DNA from: Antedon mediterranea
Taxonomy: Eukaryota > Animalia > Echinodermata
NCBI RefSeq assembly: GCF_964355755.1
Contig: NC_092678.1
Coordinates: forward strand, 3,302,422-3,366,421
Direction: 5' to 3'
Length of the DNA: 64,000 nucleotides
Shown here: positions 49,301-62,800 of the stretch, one piece after another
Position numbering within the stretch: the stretch's first letter is position 1
Layout of the letters: each line of letters begins with the position of its first letter
The notes under the pieces: generated by a model
Databases searched by the model: none
Seen by the model: only the letters and a program-made list of their open reading frames with translations
Told to the model about the DNA's origin: nothing
Made by a program: the position numbers and the translations under genes

Positions 49301-51893
49301 GTTTGAGGAAGGCAATGTAGGACCTAATCCAAGTTTCCTAAATTGAAGGATGTTTGTTGTGGGTTAGAGTCCCATGCACGATTTATAGTACTTGCAATGG
49401 TTTTGAAAAATGTTCTAAATGAAACTTACTGGGCTCCTTGTGTAACACTACTTCAACCATTAATGCAGTTTATGGCTGTAAAATCATTGTTGTACCATAA
49501 TTAGGATATACTTACTGATGTCAACATCAATGAATAGAGTGAGGATGTGATCAGCACTAAATAACCACAACACATCAAAGTCTTCTTTGTACTGGCGTAT
49601 TGGAAAGCTAACCGGCGTTTCTAAATTCTCTGAAGTCATGACTGTTTCAACTGAAAAAGAAAACCGTATCAAATATATTAATCCATAAAAAAAACTAGCC
49701 AAGTACATGTTAAATTTACCTTTTTTTATTTAAAATATAAACTGGTCATAATTACAGTATGATAAGACAAACAAATTGTTAGTAAGGGAACCAACAAGAG
49801 TGGGGTAAGTGTCATTAATTATCAATGCACAATGTAGAAAAGAATTTACCCTGACATACCATAACACATAATAAATAGCTTGACGCCAATGGGAACCTCG
49901 CTAAAATACAAATTAATTAAGGAGAGTTATGATATTGGAGAATGTAATAAAATACTGTACATGATATCAAGCTGGGAAATAACCTCTTCATATGAAATAA
50001 CTTAACGCTTAAAGAGCATAAGGTAACCACAATAAAAAACAGCTATTCAAAACAGCCTTAAGCTCTGTCTACACTATCAAACTAGTTTGACATACAAAGT
50101 GTGATGGGCCTAAATATGGTAGTGATATGTCCAAATATTGTAGTGATATGACATTATCGTGTTGATATATGGGCACATCACATTTTTTTGTCGCATAAAG
50201 TTTGATAGACAGACAGAGCTTTAGCCTAGAATAAACCACAATCTAGATATACTTACCCACCGTATTGCTAACTTGTACATGAGGGGGCATAGACTTGTAA
50301 CTTGCACGAAACCCAGAATATTCATATCCCAAGTATTCCGATCCTACAATGTATTCAATGTACATCATTTCGGATGAAACAAATTCCAGAGGTCTTTCAG
50401 AATTTATTCTATATTCTCCAAGCAAAGGGAAACTTGCATTTTCACCATCATACACCTATAGGGAAAACGTATGATATAATATTAATTAATTATTAATTAA
50501 TTAATTCACATCATGCTCTAAAATGAGATACCATCCAATGCCTGCATGCAGACTAAAAGGCTAAACAGATGAGCGGTAACAGTAACAACAATATAGAATC
50601 TATGTTATTTCTTATGACCATTTACACACAACGCACACGAATGGCCAGGATAGATACAGGATTCTGTGTCCGACAAGCTACGCAGTTTTCCCGGTTGTCT
50701 GTGTAAATTGGCCTTAAGGGTATGTTCAGACCTATATAGTTATGATATTGTATAATAAACCGATACAACATTTTAATCTGTATCTTAACAACTCAGAATC
50801 ACTCAACTAATGTATTCATTGTTTGGTTGGTGATTTCGTTGAAACTCGTAAAATGTGTCTTACGCTAATCTCTACCTTGAGCTTTTGCATAAAACTTGAG
50901 GCCAATGTTGTAGCATTTTTTTAGTTCAGATTGATACTAAACAATTACACTGTAGGTGTGAACAGGTCCTAACCTACAGTACCTTGATTTAGGTGTGAAC
51001 AGGTCCTAACCTACAGTACTTTGTTTTTGGTGTTAACCGGTCTTAACCTACAGTACTTTGGTTTAGGTGTGAACAGGTGCTAACCTGTACTTTGATTTTA
51101 AGTGTGAACAGGTGCTAACCTACCTTTATTACATCATTCTTCTCACAGTCTATATCACCTTTACAGACTGTTAAGAAGTCATCAAATATCAAGTAAATCT
51201 GCCAATTTTCCAGGTGTGATTTTAGTCGATATGTACAGGTGTAAGGTCCAGGTGGTCGCACAAGAGGAAAATCTGGAGATTGAATCGTTTTCTTGCTCGA
51301 TTCTGTTGTCAACTGTGTGGTCTGCGTACAAGCTGTGGACAAAAAGGAAAATGATTTTTGTTAACTGAAATTTTATTCATATATGCTTATTTTAAACTGA
51401 ATAGCAAGAACAAAAATTGTAATAAACAATGCAGGCAGGTGTGAAGGTTCATTCTTTAATTGTAAAGCTATAACATTTCATGTTGCTATAGAAACAAGGG
51501 GTTGTCACTGTAACATCAATTAATGTGGAGAAGCACACCTGTCGTCGTGGCAACCTTCAAACTCGACTCAACGAAAGAAGGTTACAAATCAGTAAGCAAT
51601 GCCAAATACACGGATAGAGTAAACATGAAAACCCAATCAAGCAGATCAAGATTATCATGTATATTATTTGTCTTCTTAAGAACGCAATTCTTCTCAATGT
51701 CTCTGTAATTCATACTTTTAAATTACGGACATAAATTTTAATATCATATAAATCAATGAATACTTTTTACAATATGCATTTATTTTTATGTCTCAATATT
51801 CTGAATAGTTACCAAGAAATGAAAGTTACAAAGTTACTTACGATTTCCAAAGACAATAGCCAAGTACACGCTGAACCATAGTAACACGAGCAT
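43308..51893 (-). CDS. Single-pass membrane protein of about 512 aa: signal peptide, CUB, CUB-like, 3 EGF-like, TM, cytoplasmic PPxY motifs
   Basis: Exons 51842-51893 (MLVLLWFSVYLAIVFGN), 51124-51332, 50257-50455, 49516-49650, 48898-49101, 48542-48664, 48274-48393, 44594-44725, 44097-44207 (TM YLLTMIVPVCLLIIIYMIY-KCKRK) and 43308-43561 (PPSY, PPKY). CUB motifs IQSPDFP..C.Y, VYDG, GFRASY; EGF pattern C.NGGTC..C.C..G..C. Phases are consistent. Confidence 0.8.
44455..44571. mobile_element. MITE family A partial copy
   Basis: Right TIR gatagtgtagacagagct and internal motif. Confidence 0.65.
45121..48237. repeat. 48-bp minisatellite, about 65 highly homogeneous units, intronic
   Basis: Unit GTGGCTC(C/T)ACACTGAGAGA(A/G)CGGTCTTGTACTAAAGAGTTCATTTAGT; lies between EGF exons 48274-48393 and 44594-44725. 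Confidence 0.97.
50061..50220. mobile_element. MITE family A copy, TTA TSD
   Basis: tta|agctctgtctacactatcaaact ... gatagacagacagagct|tta. Confidence 0.8.
50954..51123. repeat. About 37-bp tandem repeat, 4-5 copies, abutting a splice donor
   Basis: taggtgtgaacaggtcctaacctacagtac(c/t)ttgatt units ending at the donor of exon 51124-51332. Confidence 0.75.
51482..51495. promoter_or_regulatory. RFX X-box motif in intron 1 of the CUB-EGF gene
   Basis: GTTGCTATAGAAAC, a close match to the 14-bp X-box palindrome. Confidence 0.45.
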
Positions 51894-54386
51894 TGTGATG
51901 GCATTGACAAAACTCTGATAACTGGAGATATACGGATGATGTAGTTTAATGATGTAAATTATAAATGAATGGTGAAAAAATATGATTAAATTTTCGATAT
52001 GCGTGATGTAAATAAAAAGTCTTACAATAATAAAAGGAGTATATTAGGATTTGTTAATGGTTTTAAATATTTATAATAATAATTCTAGAGAGAGAATTCA
52101 AGAATTTAAATAGTTTTTTGATGATGTTTATGATAGACAGGTTCATACAAATCTGAAATTAGAAAAGAACAATTACAAAAGATAAACAAGAAATGAAGAG
52201 GTTTTAAATTGATTAGCATTACACAAGGTCAGGGGTCATGATATCAATCAGCAGTCTAATTTAGTTTGTTTTAAGGCTACTATATGCATTAATACAAAAT
52301 TAATACATGCAATGAATGACAGAACATCAATTTGTCTGTATTTATAGTCTGAAATTGAGAGTTTACTGTAATTAATCAAACGCTAGCAATTTCAAATGTA
52401 AAACAAACTATTTTTGCATATATTATGCATGATTGATATACAAATGAATGTAAGGTAATGATGATATAAATAATAATATTATAATATAGATTATTAATGT
52501 ATACAAATGTTAAATTAAGTTTAGGAAAATCTAATTCAGTGTTTATTAGGCAGAATTAGAAGTATGGATCAATATATATCATACAAATGCCATTAATCCA
52601 CCAGAAACATAAACACAAAAAAATATTCAATAATATTCAAAGAACTCATCTTTTAGGACACTCCTATTCAGGGGACAATTAGTTGTGTCCCGTGGGTGTC
52701 CCCTGAATAGAGATTCCACTGTATACAATAAGCTAAAATTAATTTTAATATTTTAAAGATACAGTCATGATTCAATGATCTTTATTGATCATCATCATTG
52801 GTCATTATCATAATAACAATATTTCCATAGGCTATCTATGAAACGTATCAAGTAATAGTGAACTAATTTAATATGTAAACACTATTTAAGAAAACAAACA
52901 TACCCGTGTTGCTGTTTATTCTTCCTGTTACTGTACAGCAATCGATTAACCATTCCAATATTCTAAAGACACTAAACATAAACACCAATTTCAATTAAGA
53001 TTCTCTCATTACTAAAAAACAAAAACATCGATTTAGTATTATCTCAAGGAGATGGTAATGTCTCTAATCTAACTCTGCTTGTAGCTACGATTACACGTCA
53101 CGCTTCAGTAACCATAATATGAATATGATACTTGTGACCGTTCAAGTGTGACTTGGGTCATTAATTATAATTTCGGAATAATTGTTTACTTTCAAAATAG
53201 ATTTATTAAGTACAATATACTTTGTTAAATATGTAATTTAAAAAAAATACAATATTACGCTGTCGTCAAAAGTAACAATATATGTTACTAATTATATTAA
53301 TTTTTTTTAAAATAATTTTCATTGACACCTGTAAAATTTAAAATAATCAATAACTTTTTAAAATAATATATGTCACACATACACCATAGGAATGGTCACA
53401 CATTTCGAATAAATATCATATATAATGAATCCTGATATATCACAGACACAGCAGGCTATCAACCAGATACTAACTATGCCAACATAACAAATGTCAACCG
53501 GCAAATAGCATTGGAAAGTGTCATCTGTGATATATAGGAATTAACAGAATCAAATCAAGAAATTCTAAAGTAATTTGAGAAAGAAGAATTTTTTAACAAT
53601 GCATAGCAATATTACAGGTACAGTGAATTAATTTTAAACTTAAAATGTTATATATAGTTTACTATGTAAATGATGTTGAATGCATGGCATGTGTAGAATG
53701 TGAATAGGAGGCTAGTGTGTTATAACAGGCTCTGCTAATATAATATGAACACTGCTATCAATATTAATTTATGATAATTAATATGTATATTATTACTGTA
53801 GTTAAATGACACAAGACATATTTGTGACAGATAATGTTGATTTAATATCATAATCAGTTTTACCATTATTAATATCATGATTAACATATATGCATAATAT
53901 TAACAAAGATTGGATTAATTGAGGTCCTCCAAACACCATAATTTCCTCCAGAAAAGGTCAAATTAAAGGTGACTGTATTGGGATAGTTGACTCCAATAAA
54001 ATTTCAGTGAAATATAAAACAACATAACAGTCATTGATTATTACTAATGATATAATTATGTTTAAGTTCAAATTGTGACACACAAAATTAACAACAGACG
54101 AATACATTACAAAACAGATAAAAAAAAATCAATCATAAAACTTATAAACCTGTCTTATTTTATTACAATAATTGAAAATAATACGTTATTTTTTCTTTCT
54201 TTTTGGGATGCATTATATTATTTAGTTAGACAAGAATATATTATTTTTAACTGTAAAACAATATTACTTATCAATATGGTCTTAGGTGTAATTACTGTAT
54301 AATAATTAGTAATTTTAATTTTTGTGGGCATTTAATGCATTGATGTGATTCTTTGCAAGGGCATATCATCTTCTGTATATTAAGGG

Positions 54387-57300
54387 TTAGGAATGCGGGT
54401 CATAAGGATTTTGATAAAATGAATTGTATAGATGCCAATATGGTGCATTCCAATAATATGGCCCTGTGTACCACCAGTTAGTATTATAGAAGGGTGATCC
54501 ATAATATTGACCCATGTGGCTCATTTGATGCTGAAAGGAGCCTGAATTATCATAGTTATAATACGATTGGTAGTCACTATAGTTATAATAAGACGAGTTA
54601 TTATAATATGAAAGGTTGTAGTCATGTGATCTATCATGTGATGTGTGAGGGTCACCAGAATATCCATATGCATAGTCATGTGATATGTGAGGGTCACCAG
54701 AATATCCATATGAATAAGAATCCATGTTACTATTGTTATTATATAAAGGATACATATTATTATAGTAGTCGTAATATGCAGATGTATCACAAATTCCATC
54801 ATCCGTTAGTTTAGTATTTTTTTTCCTTCTTTGTTTTCTTTTGTTTCTCAACATTTCTTTGTTTTCATCCTCATCAATACTTGTTCCATTCGTTTCTGAC
54901 ATTTGGTAATATGTTTTCACTTCACTGTTTTCTGATTTTTCCTTTCTTTGTTCGCTACTCAATTTAGAATACTTTGCGCCGATCTGGACAACTACTCCAT
55001 CTTTAACAATAAAAATATCGCTTTCCGATTTGTCGCCCTCTTCAAAACATTCATCCTTTTCAGAAGTGCCATCATCAGTGATATTGGTAGACTGTTGGTC
55101 ACTATAATGCGATTCCACATCAATGCTAGTTTCAACTGATTGTTCTTCCCATTTTAGCTCACTTTCTTCATCCAGAATCTCAATTTCTTCTTCTTTCCTC
55201 CGAAACACGGTATTTCCAGTAGAATCAACAGACATCCTTGAAATGTTGTCAGCATCTACATTTTTCTGACAAAAGTCAGCTTTAGGTTCCTTTTCCACAA
55301 TTGTATTATCTGTAGTTTCTTTTAACTTTATAGAATGAAATAATTGATCGCTTTGCTCTGTTTCGTATACAGAAGAATTGAATTCACTGCAAACATAAGG
55401 TATAACAGATTCCTTTGAAAATGATTTAGTTTTTTCTTTATTCAACAAAGTAAGATTTGCTTTATAAGTTTGTTCTTCCAAAGGTAACATACATTCTTCA
55501 ATTTTATCTTCTCTGTATTCCTTCTGAAGTAAACAAGGACCAGGGGACTCTTCAACAAATAAATTATTTTCAGTAGTTTCGTTCATGATATGAAAGTTAT
55601 CATTCAAATTAATTTCTTCTGATTGATTCTCATTGGTTTCTATGTCACAATGCTCCAAAATAATACTTTTCTTAGAATTAGCTTCTTGAAGTTCTGAATA
55701 ATCATTGTTTTTTATATAGGAGTTACAGCTAGTATTCTCAATCACTGTATTTCCAATCTCACCTGTACTTAAAAAATGTCTAAAGTCTTTCACAGCATCT
55801 GCAAACGACCATTTTGGAGATCTTCTCAAGCCTAAAGTTTCTTTTAATGATGGTATCTCAGAGGTTATGATACTAAAAACGGAATTTGGGTCAATTGTCT
55901 GACAGCCTTTATCTAACATTACTTTCTGTAACGTTGATATCTTCCGGATAGCACCAGTATTGGACCTAATTTTATCCAAATGAATCATTGTGTCATTTGC
56001 CAGAAAAGAATCGTGTCCGTTAAAAGAGGTTGCAGAATCTTCGGAAATTATGCGGGATGGTGATGCACTTCCTTTTGACGTTGTACTGAGCTGTTTTAAG
56101 GTCACTGCTTTTTCTACACATTTTTGTGTTGTAGTAGATGCACCGTCTGTCTTTATAGCAGCAACTCCAACATTTGGACTTAAAAGGTCAGAGGGCACTG
56201 GATCTGAAAGAACAACAAAGAAACTTAAGATCAGAACCTCCACATAAGAGCACAATTTGGCACTTCTACTTTACTTTAAATTCTTTGAGGAAATATGTAA
56301 AATACTATAGTGTTACAATCCTTGATATCGTAGATAACTTTATGATGACGAGGCAAATATTAGAATTATGGAGACATTGTGCTCATACAAAGAACTTGTC
56401 AATTTCATCATAGTTCTAGATGGCAAACCAACACTAGTAAACTTTAAAGCAACATTTGCAACATACAATGTGTATTAATTCATATAGAGCAAATCCCATA
56501 TAGATATGTTTAAAAGACTTTATTACCCCGGTTATTTTTAACAAGCCAGTTATCAGCGAAGTTGGTGCTTCGACCTAAGCAGGTAACCATTTGTACACCT
56601 GTATACTAAGTATGGACTAGATTGATCAGACAATTGTGGAGGCACTTTGGAATAATGTAAAGCTCTGTCAACACTATCAAACTTTATGGGACAAAAAAAT
56701 GTGATGTGCCCATATATGGACCTGATGATGTCATATCACTACCATATTTTGTCAAACTAGTTTGATAGTGTAGACAGAGTTTAAGAATCATTTGTGAGCT
56801 AACCTGGTAATGGGCGAATAGGTACATGACACTCTTTCTGGATGCTGTGAAGCAAGAGTTCTTCTCTACCGAAACTAGCGAGTGTTATTGAAGCGCCATA
56901 GGTTCCAAATCGTCCAGCTCTGCCAATGCGATGCATGTACGTTTTGACATCAACTGGTACATCCAGATTGATCACTAGGTTCACCTTCTCAGCGTCAATA
57001 CCTCTTGCAGTCTGAAAGATCATAGTTTAACAAAATCTAAGCTGTAATTAGGCTATGAGGGCTCACTGGCCAAACCACCCAGAGGCCCCACAACATAACA
57101 GTCCCAATACTAACTAACCAGCATTGAAGGGCCTAGGAGTGCTAAATATTTTCAATTTTATTGCCAGAAATAACCACAACAATGACATTTAGAAAATGGA
57201 CAATAGGTTAATAAATAGATATTGAACACAAATTTGATAGTTTACCAGATCAGTTGAAATGAGAACTCTGCATTCAAACTTCTTAAACGTTGACATTGCG

Positions 57301-60300
57301 TGAAGACGTTGTTTTTGTTCTAACCCTCCAGAGATGAACATACTCGGCCAACCTTTCTGACAAAGAATATCACAAAGGTTTTCAGCTCTAAAAAATTTAA
57401 AAATAATTAATATTCAGTATATCACCGGGCACTTTAGAATTCGAATTTGTGCCCAAATATGGCAGTGACATGCCCAAATATGGTAGTAATATGACATCAT
57501 CATGACCATATATGGGCACATCAAATTGTTTTGTCACATAAAGTTTGATAGTGTAGACACATTTACTAATTTATTCCAGAATGAACAATACAAATAAATG
57601 TTACCTTGTATGCAAATTTGAGAAGATCAAGCACTGTTGAAAGGTCACATTAGACAAAAGGTCAATAAGATCATTGACCTTTAAAGCAAACGACTTATGA
57701 GGAAGATCATGAGATTCAACTAATTTGTAATACTGACGAATTCCTGAAAAAATGGAAAGTAAATATGAGTAACATTAGTGAAGAAATCAACATTTGAATT
57801 GTGCTAGGTGGGGCATCCAATCTAAATATACATAGATCACACACCCTGCCCCAATTTCAACATAGCACCCACTAACGAAACCTCTGGGTATCTGCAAGAT
57901 TTTCACCACTAATAGACCAATATTAACATGATTTTAGCAGTAGGTAGGGGAATGAGCGTTAAGAGCTTGTTTTACAATTATGTGTAGGGTGGGTAGTTCC
58001 TTTCCATGCCGCCTTATCCTCCCTGGTATTTCCAACCAAGTACTCATTTACAGCTGAGTAGACTAAGAGTTGTTGGGAAATAAACCCGGGTCTTTCTGTA
58101 TGACAGCCAAGTGCTGCCAGTAATCTGGTTGAAATGTTTTTATCAAGCATAAAAGAAAGCCAAGATATAATACCATGTAAAGCAATCTCTTTTGGGTTTA
58201 ATCTCACGAAGGTTGCGTCTCTCATGTACGTTGTCAAGTGTTGCGCAAGGTATTCTGGGTAAGTTGCGGAGGCAGCCACAATCTGCTTGCTGTATGGCAG
58301 CTCATTATAAATCCAACTATAAAATCAAATAAAATGGGAAATTAAAGGCATTTGTATCCTCAAACTTGCAACTGAGGAAATTCGGATTCGGCCTCTACAG
58401 ACCCACAGCAGCCAGCAGGCCTACCTCTCAAGATCAGAACACCGGGGACGATCCCCTGCTTTTTGTAATAGTGAACCAAGTTCTTTAACGTGCTCTGTTT
58501 TGTATTTCGACACAAGCTAATTATGTTAACAATAACAAAACAAACGATGATACAAGCTGTACCAGCTATTAATGATTTCAGTTGAAAAGTTAGCAATTTA
58601 AAATTTCGGGAAATTACAAGGTGGGATTATATCCGAGTATAAACGGTAGTTACTGTATATACAATATTTTAAAGTAGTGTTTTACACTTACTTGATTTGG
58701 CTTTGAAATTTGTCATCCAGTAGCTTATCAGCTTCATCTAGAATAAACAGTCTGATTGAGTCTGGAACCATCAAACCTGTTTCTATAAGCTGCTTTACAC
58801 GTCCTATAATGAGCAATAAAAAAAAACATTTGTTTATGATTGATACTTTTATGAATATTCATTTGAAAATGTTCCACAAATTGGAAGTTAACATTTATAA
58901 TATTGGATCTCCCAAGTTATTCAAAGGGAATATTTAAAATTTGTTCGGCCTCATATTAAGGCTTAAAAAGATTCTTGAACTACCTGTAAGTGCCTGTTTA
59001 TTATAGATGGCGAAGACTTTTTGTAATAGACTGTCCTCTATATTATAGAGGGCAGTCAACATTTGTGAGTACCGTATTATGTGCTGGCAGATCTGTGCAC
59101 CTTAGATTGGCAGTAAACGGAAGTACTGGTTTTTTCAAAAAATTTTTTTTTTATTTTTAGTTTCATGGTTTTTAACAAGCTCCTTGAGCACTTTGTGGAT
59201 ATGTGCAGTTTATAAATCTTATCTTATCTTAATCTCACCTGGGGTTCCAACTGCAATATGACATTTCTTCAAATTCTGTTTATCTGGACCAATCAGCGTC
59301 CCCCCGATAAACACATGACATTTGAGTTTCTCCATCACCTGACCAATGTCCAAGATGACCTGTTGTATCTGGACAGCAATCTCCCGTGTTGGTGCAAGGA
59401 TAAGGACCTGCAAAGCATTGCTGGACATGTCTAACGATTCTAGAGCAATCACGGAAAATACACATGTTTTCCCTGTGCCTGACTTTGCTTGGATTATAAG
59501 ATCTGAAAGAAATTCAGTTACCTTGTAAAATTAATGCACCTCAGGAGAGGTGCATCATTTACAAATGATGTATTTTCCCCCCGGGAGGTGCGACATTTAC
59601 AAATGAACAAAGGTGTGTCAATGGTCGTCACTTTAGCACAAAAGACAGTCATGGTGCGCCAATGTTCTCTCTAAAAGTAAAAGGTCCATCATTAATTTTA
59701 AAATGGGTGCGTCATCGTCATGTAATAAAGGTAAGTTACTTTTTTGTTGCAGGGGTGGGGTGGTATGGTATGCACTTGCGTTGGTGTGCTATATAAAAAG
59801 GAAGAAAGGTCACCGTCATACGAGACGGATGGGGAAAAACCCCGGAAGCAGACTTGGGAGTTTTTTTTTTTTTAAACCAGGCACACAAATTTGTGGCGAA
59901 GGATTATCACATGGCCTATTAGTAGTATAGTAGGCCTAATATATAGTATATATGGTAGTAGGCTTATCATAGATGGTTAGGCCCGTCTCACTAGGCCTAG
60001 GCTAGGCTATATTATTAATTATTTTTTAGTGCAAAAAAAGTTATTAAAATTTTGAAAACAGCAGAATCAAAACATTTGACTCGAGACGTTGTTATATATA
60101 GTCTTAGTATATAGTCTTTGTGTTCGTTGTTGAAACATAATTTATACAAAACAACACGTTAGTCTTAGGCCTACCTAGTCCGCAGCGTCCAAGCGGGATG
60201 GCTTTCAGTTGAATAGGCGATGGCCTGTGAAAGCCCGTCCTTTGCAATCCTTCCAACACGGGCCTAGACAACAGCAATGAGGCGAAATCAACGTTGCTGT

Positions 60301-60373
60301 TTTCCTCATTTAGAACATCATCTGTCCTAGGCCGTATTGTTATATCATGTGCAGTTTTCATTCCAGTGTTCAT
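54387..60373 (-). CDS. DDX20: DEAD-box RNA helicase DDX20 (Gemin3), about 1007 aa
   Basis: Exons 60175-60373, 59239-59502, 58692-58803, 58174-58316, 57605-57743, 57246-57387, 56804-57011 and 54387-56203. Motifs: [90 protein letters not shown]; long acidic C-terminal tail ending in a Tyr/Trp-rich segment. Confidence 0.93.
56661..56781. mobile_element. MITE family A copy, TAA TSD
   Basis: Family A TIRs; a further partial copy lies at about 57447-57560. Confidence 0.8.
57940..58130 (-). mobile_element. tRNA-derived SINE (same family as 33576-33814)
   Basis: Reverse-complement match to the core (gtactcatttacagct) and tail (gtaggggaatgagc). Confidence 0.65.
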
Positions 60374-60540
60374 CGATAATTATTATCACGAAAGTACCTA
60401 GTTAGGCCTCGTAGGCTAGGCCCCAGGCCTAGTTGAAAAACAAAAACAATGGCATGTCTCCATACACATGGCCGGCTAGAGAACGGGGAATTGAGAGAGT
60501 CCAATTTGGTCAAATTTTTAGCCTCAGGAGCAAGTCGTTT

Positions 60541-60622
60541 CTGATTGGTTGTAGCCATGGATTGAGTTCGCGTTTCTGATTGGTTGTAACCGTAGATTCG
60601 CGTTCGCATTTTTGATTGGTTG
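60541..60622 (-). promoter_or_regulatory. Three tandem CCAAT (NF-Y-type) boxes in the DDX20 promoter
   Basis: TGATTGGTTG occurs three times at about 35-bp spacing, about 170-250 bp upstream of the ATG. Confidence 0.6.
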
Positions 60623-61701
60623 CAAGTATTTTAATTGTCAGATTACCGTAATTATTTGAATAAACGCCCTACTTTTGAATAAGTGTTATATTTTTTGTTT
60701 ATATCTAGGGTGTATTTATTTGATTATACATGGTACTTCATCACCTAATTAACACCTCCCCTAAAAAAACCTTTAAGTTTAAGATGATATTAATGTGAAT
60801 AAAAGTGGTGTTTATGCCACAAAAGAGAAAAAAAATCCCTTGGGAGTGGCCATTATATAAATTTTGCAAGGTCGTTCATGAACTCAATGTTCTTAATTAG
60901 TGTGGCCAAACATTATCCAACGAGATCTACTACAGCACCCCAGAACAAATGGCCGAGCAGACATTTTTGCAAACATTTAAATTGGCCATTAAGCCATTCA
61001 TTTAATTTGAACTTTATTATTTGCATTGAAAGATAACTACAGGAAACTTGATATGAAACATAATTATGAACGATTGATGCAGTCACAGAACTCTAATTAC
61101 ATTTACTATTCATAAAACAGTAAGGGGGAATGCATGTTTAATGCTGCACCTTTGGCGTACCATATGATTCATTCTCTCTAATAAAACTTCTGTTGGAATG
61201 TATTTTACAAGATGAGTTTCTACACATCTCATACTGTTACATATATATATATATATATATATAAACTACTCAAACACTACTTTTCATATTATTTATTATA
61301 TATACAACAGTTTAGTTCCAACAACCTAGTTTCAATATCAATAATATAGTGTGATATCCATTCAAATATACTGTATCTTTTTTAGATAGAAAAAGTAGAC
61401 AAAGTTTATTGTGCCTCACATTTGTAGACCTCCATTCTTTTACCATTCAATTTATCAATAATTTTCTACATTCCAACCAAATAGTTATTTTACAGAAATT
61501 TAACGGCCTCATTTAAACAAAGTTTTACAATCTCTAAATTTACTACCTTTGTGTTTGTTATTATTACTATGGTGTTGATACACTTTAAAAATGCTCAACT
61601 TACTGTAGCCTGGTGTTGGCAGATGCTTCAGGCCTTAAATTTATTGGTTAATTACAGAATAGGATGTTGCAGAAAAAAATAATTTGCTTGTATATATTAC
61701 T

Positions 61702-62800
61702 ATGAACTTTCGTTGCTCAAGAGATTCATATGGCTCATCTGAACAAGCTACTGTTAGAAAAAATGAATGAATGAAATGTGGGAAACAAGGACATTTCGCA
61801 AAAGGAGAAGAAGGCAAAGTGTAAAATAGATGCTGGGTCACCATGTAACTTAAGTGATCAGCAATTATGGGAAGAGGTAAAGAGAAAGGGTTATATTACA
61901 AAAGTTTTGGACGTCAGTATAGGTTGTAGGATAGATAATGCAGAAAAACAGGCAATACAATTTTTTAAAATCATAAATCTTCTGTGGTACTATTCACCTC
62001 AGAACTCTTTTCACCAGAGGTGACAAGACTTTTGCAAATCAGAACATGCTACTTTCAAAACATAGGAATTGCCTCTTACAAGTTTGATCTTTCACAAATA
62101 CAATAACCTGATGATGCATTAACGTTTACAATGGTATATGGACACTTGTTAAATTTTGAAACGTCAAATAATCCAACATGGGAATCATTGTTCCAGAACT
62201 ATGATCAGGTTAATAATTTCCACATTTCTCCCGAAGTAGGAGATGGATTCACACGATATGATCCTGAATTAATTAGTCAAATAGCCAAAATAGCATAATT
62301 GAATGATATAAGGACATGGTAAAAGTTGACTTTAACTTACGAGGTACGGATGCCATTAAGAAAATGCTAAGTTTAGTAGAAGGCGCTGAAAAGGGATATG
62401 CATTTGAGACTTTGATAGACAATAGTTGCAGGCTTATAGCCATAGGAGCAATAAAAAAGTACCTTCATGGTTGGATTAAAGTATGTCACAGGAAGCTTAC
62501 TCTCTTTTGTGGAGGTGAGCCATAGTAAATATGAAGTTGATACTATCAGTAATGTGGTCACTTATGCACAGCAAAAACCAGATGCGATGATATGGATGTC
62601 CTTTGTTAAAATGTTGAAGGTTTTGACTTCATGAATTAGAAAGCAAAGATAAAGAAGCACTCTGAAAAATGTCAGAAATCCAAAATTGAGGCCAAGCAGA
62701 TTCTGACAGAAAAGAAACATCCTTTTGCTTTCATTGCCTTTCCAGCCAATCAGCTGCCTGTAGTGAGGAGTAGGCCACTAAAGCTAAGTTATCAAAGAAG
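61702..62800 (+). pseudogene. Decayed intronless ORF with an N-terminal CCHC zinc-knuckle remnant
   Basis: MNFRCSRDSYGSSEQATVRKNE*MKCGKQGHFAK followed by protein-like fragments in shifting frames with several stops. Confidence 0.4.

Noticed and set aside
40925-59056. CTCF-like AGAGGGC(A/G) cores at about 40928, 42790 and 59047
   Set aside because: Only partial matches; cannot be supported without motif scoring or ChIP data.
61768-61770. TGA at a zinc-knuckle Cys position as a second Sec candidate
   Set aside because: Followed by frameshifts and further stops, and I saw no SECIS; simple decay is more likely.
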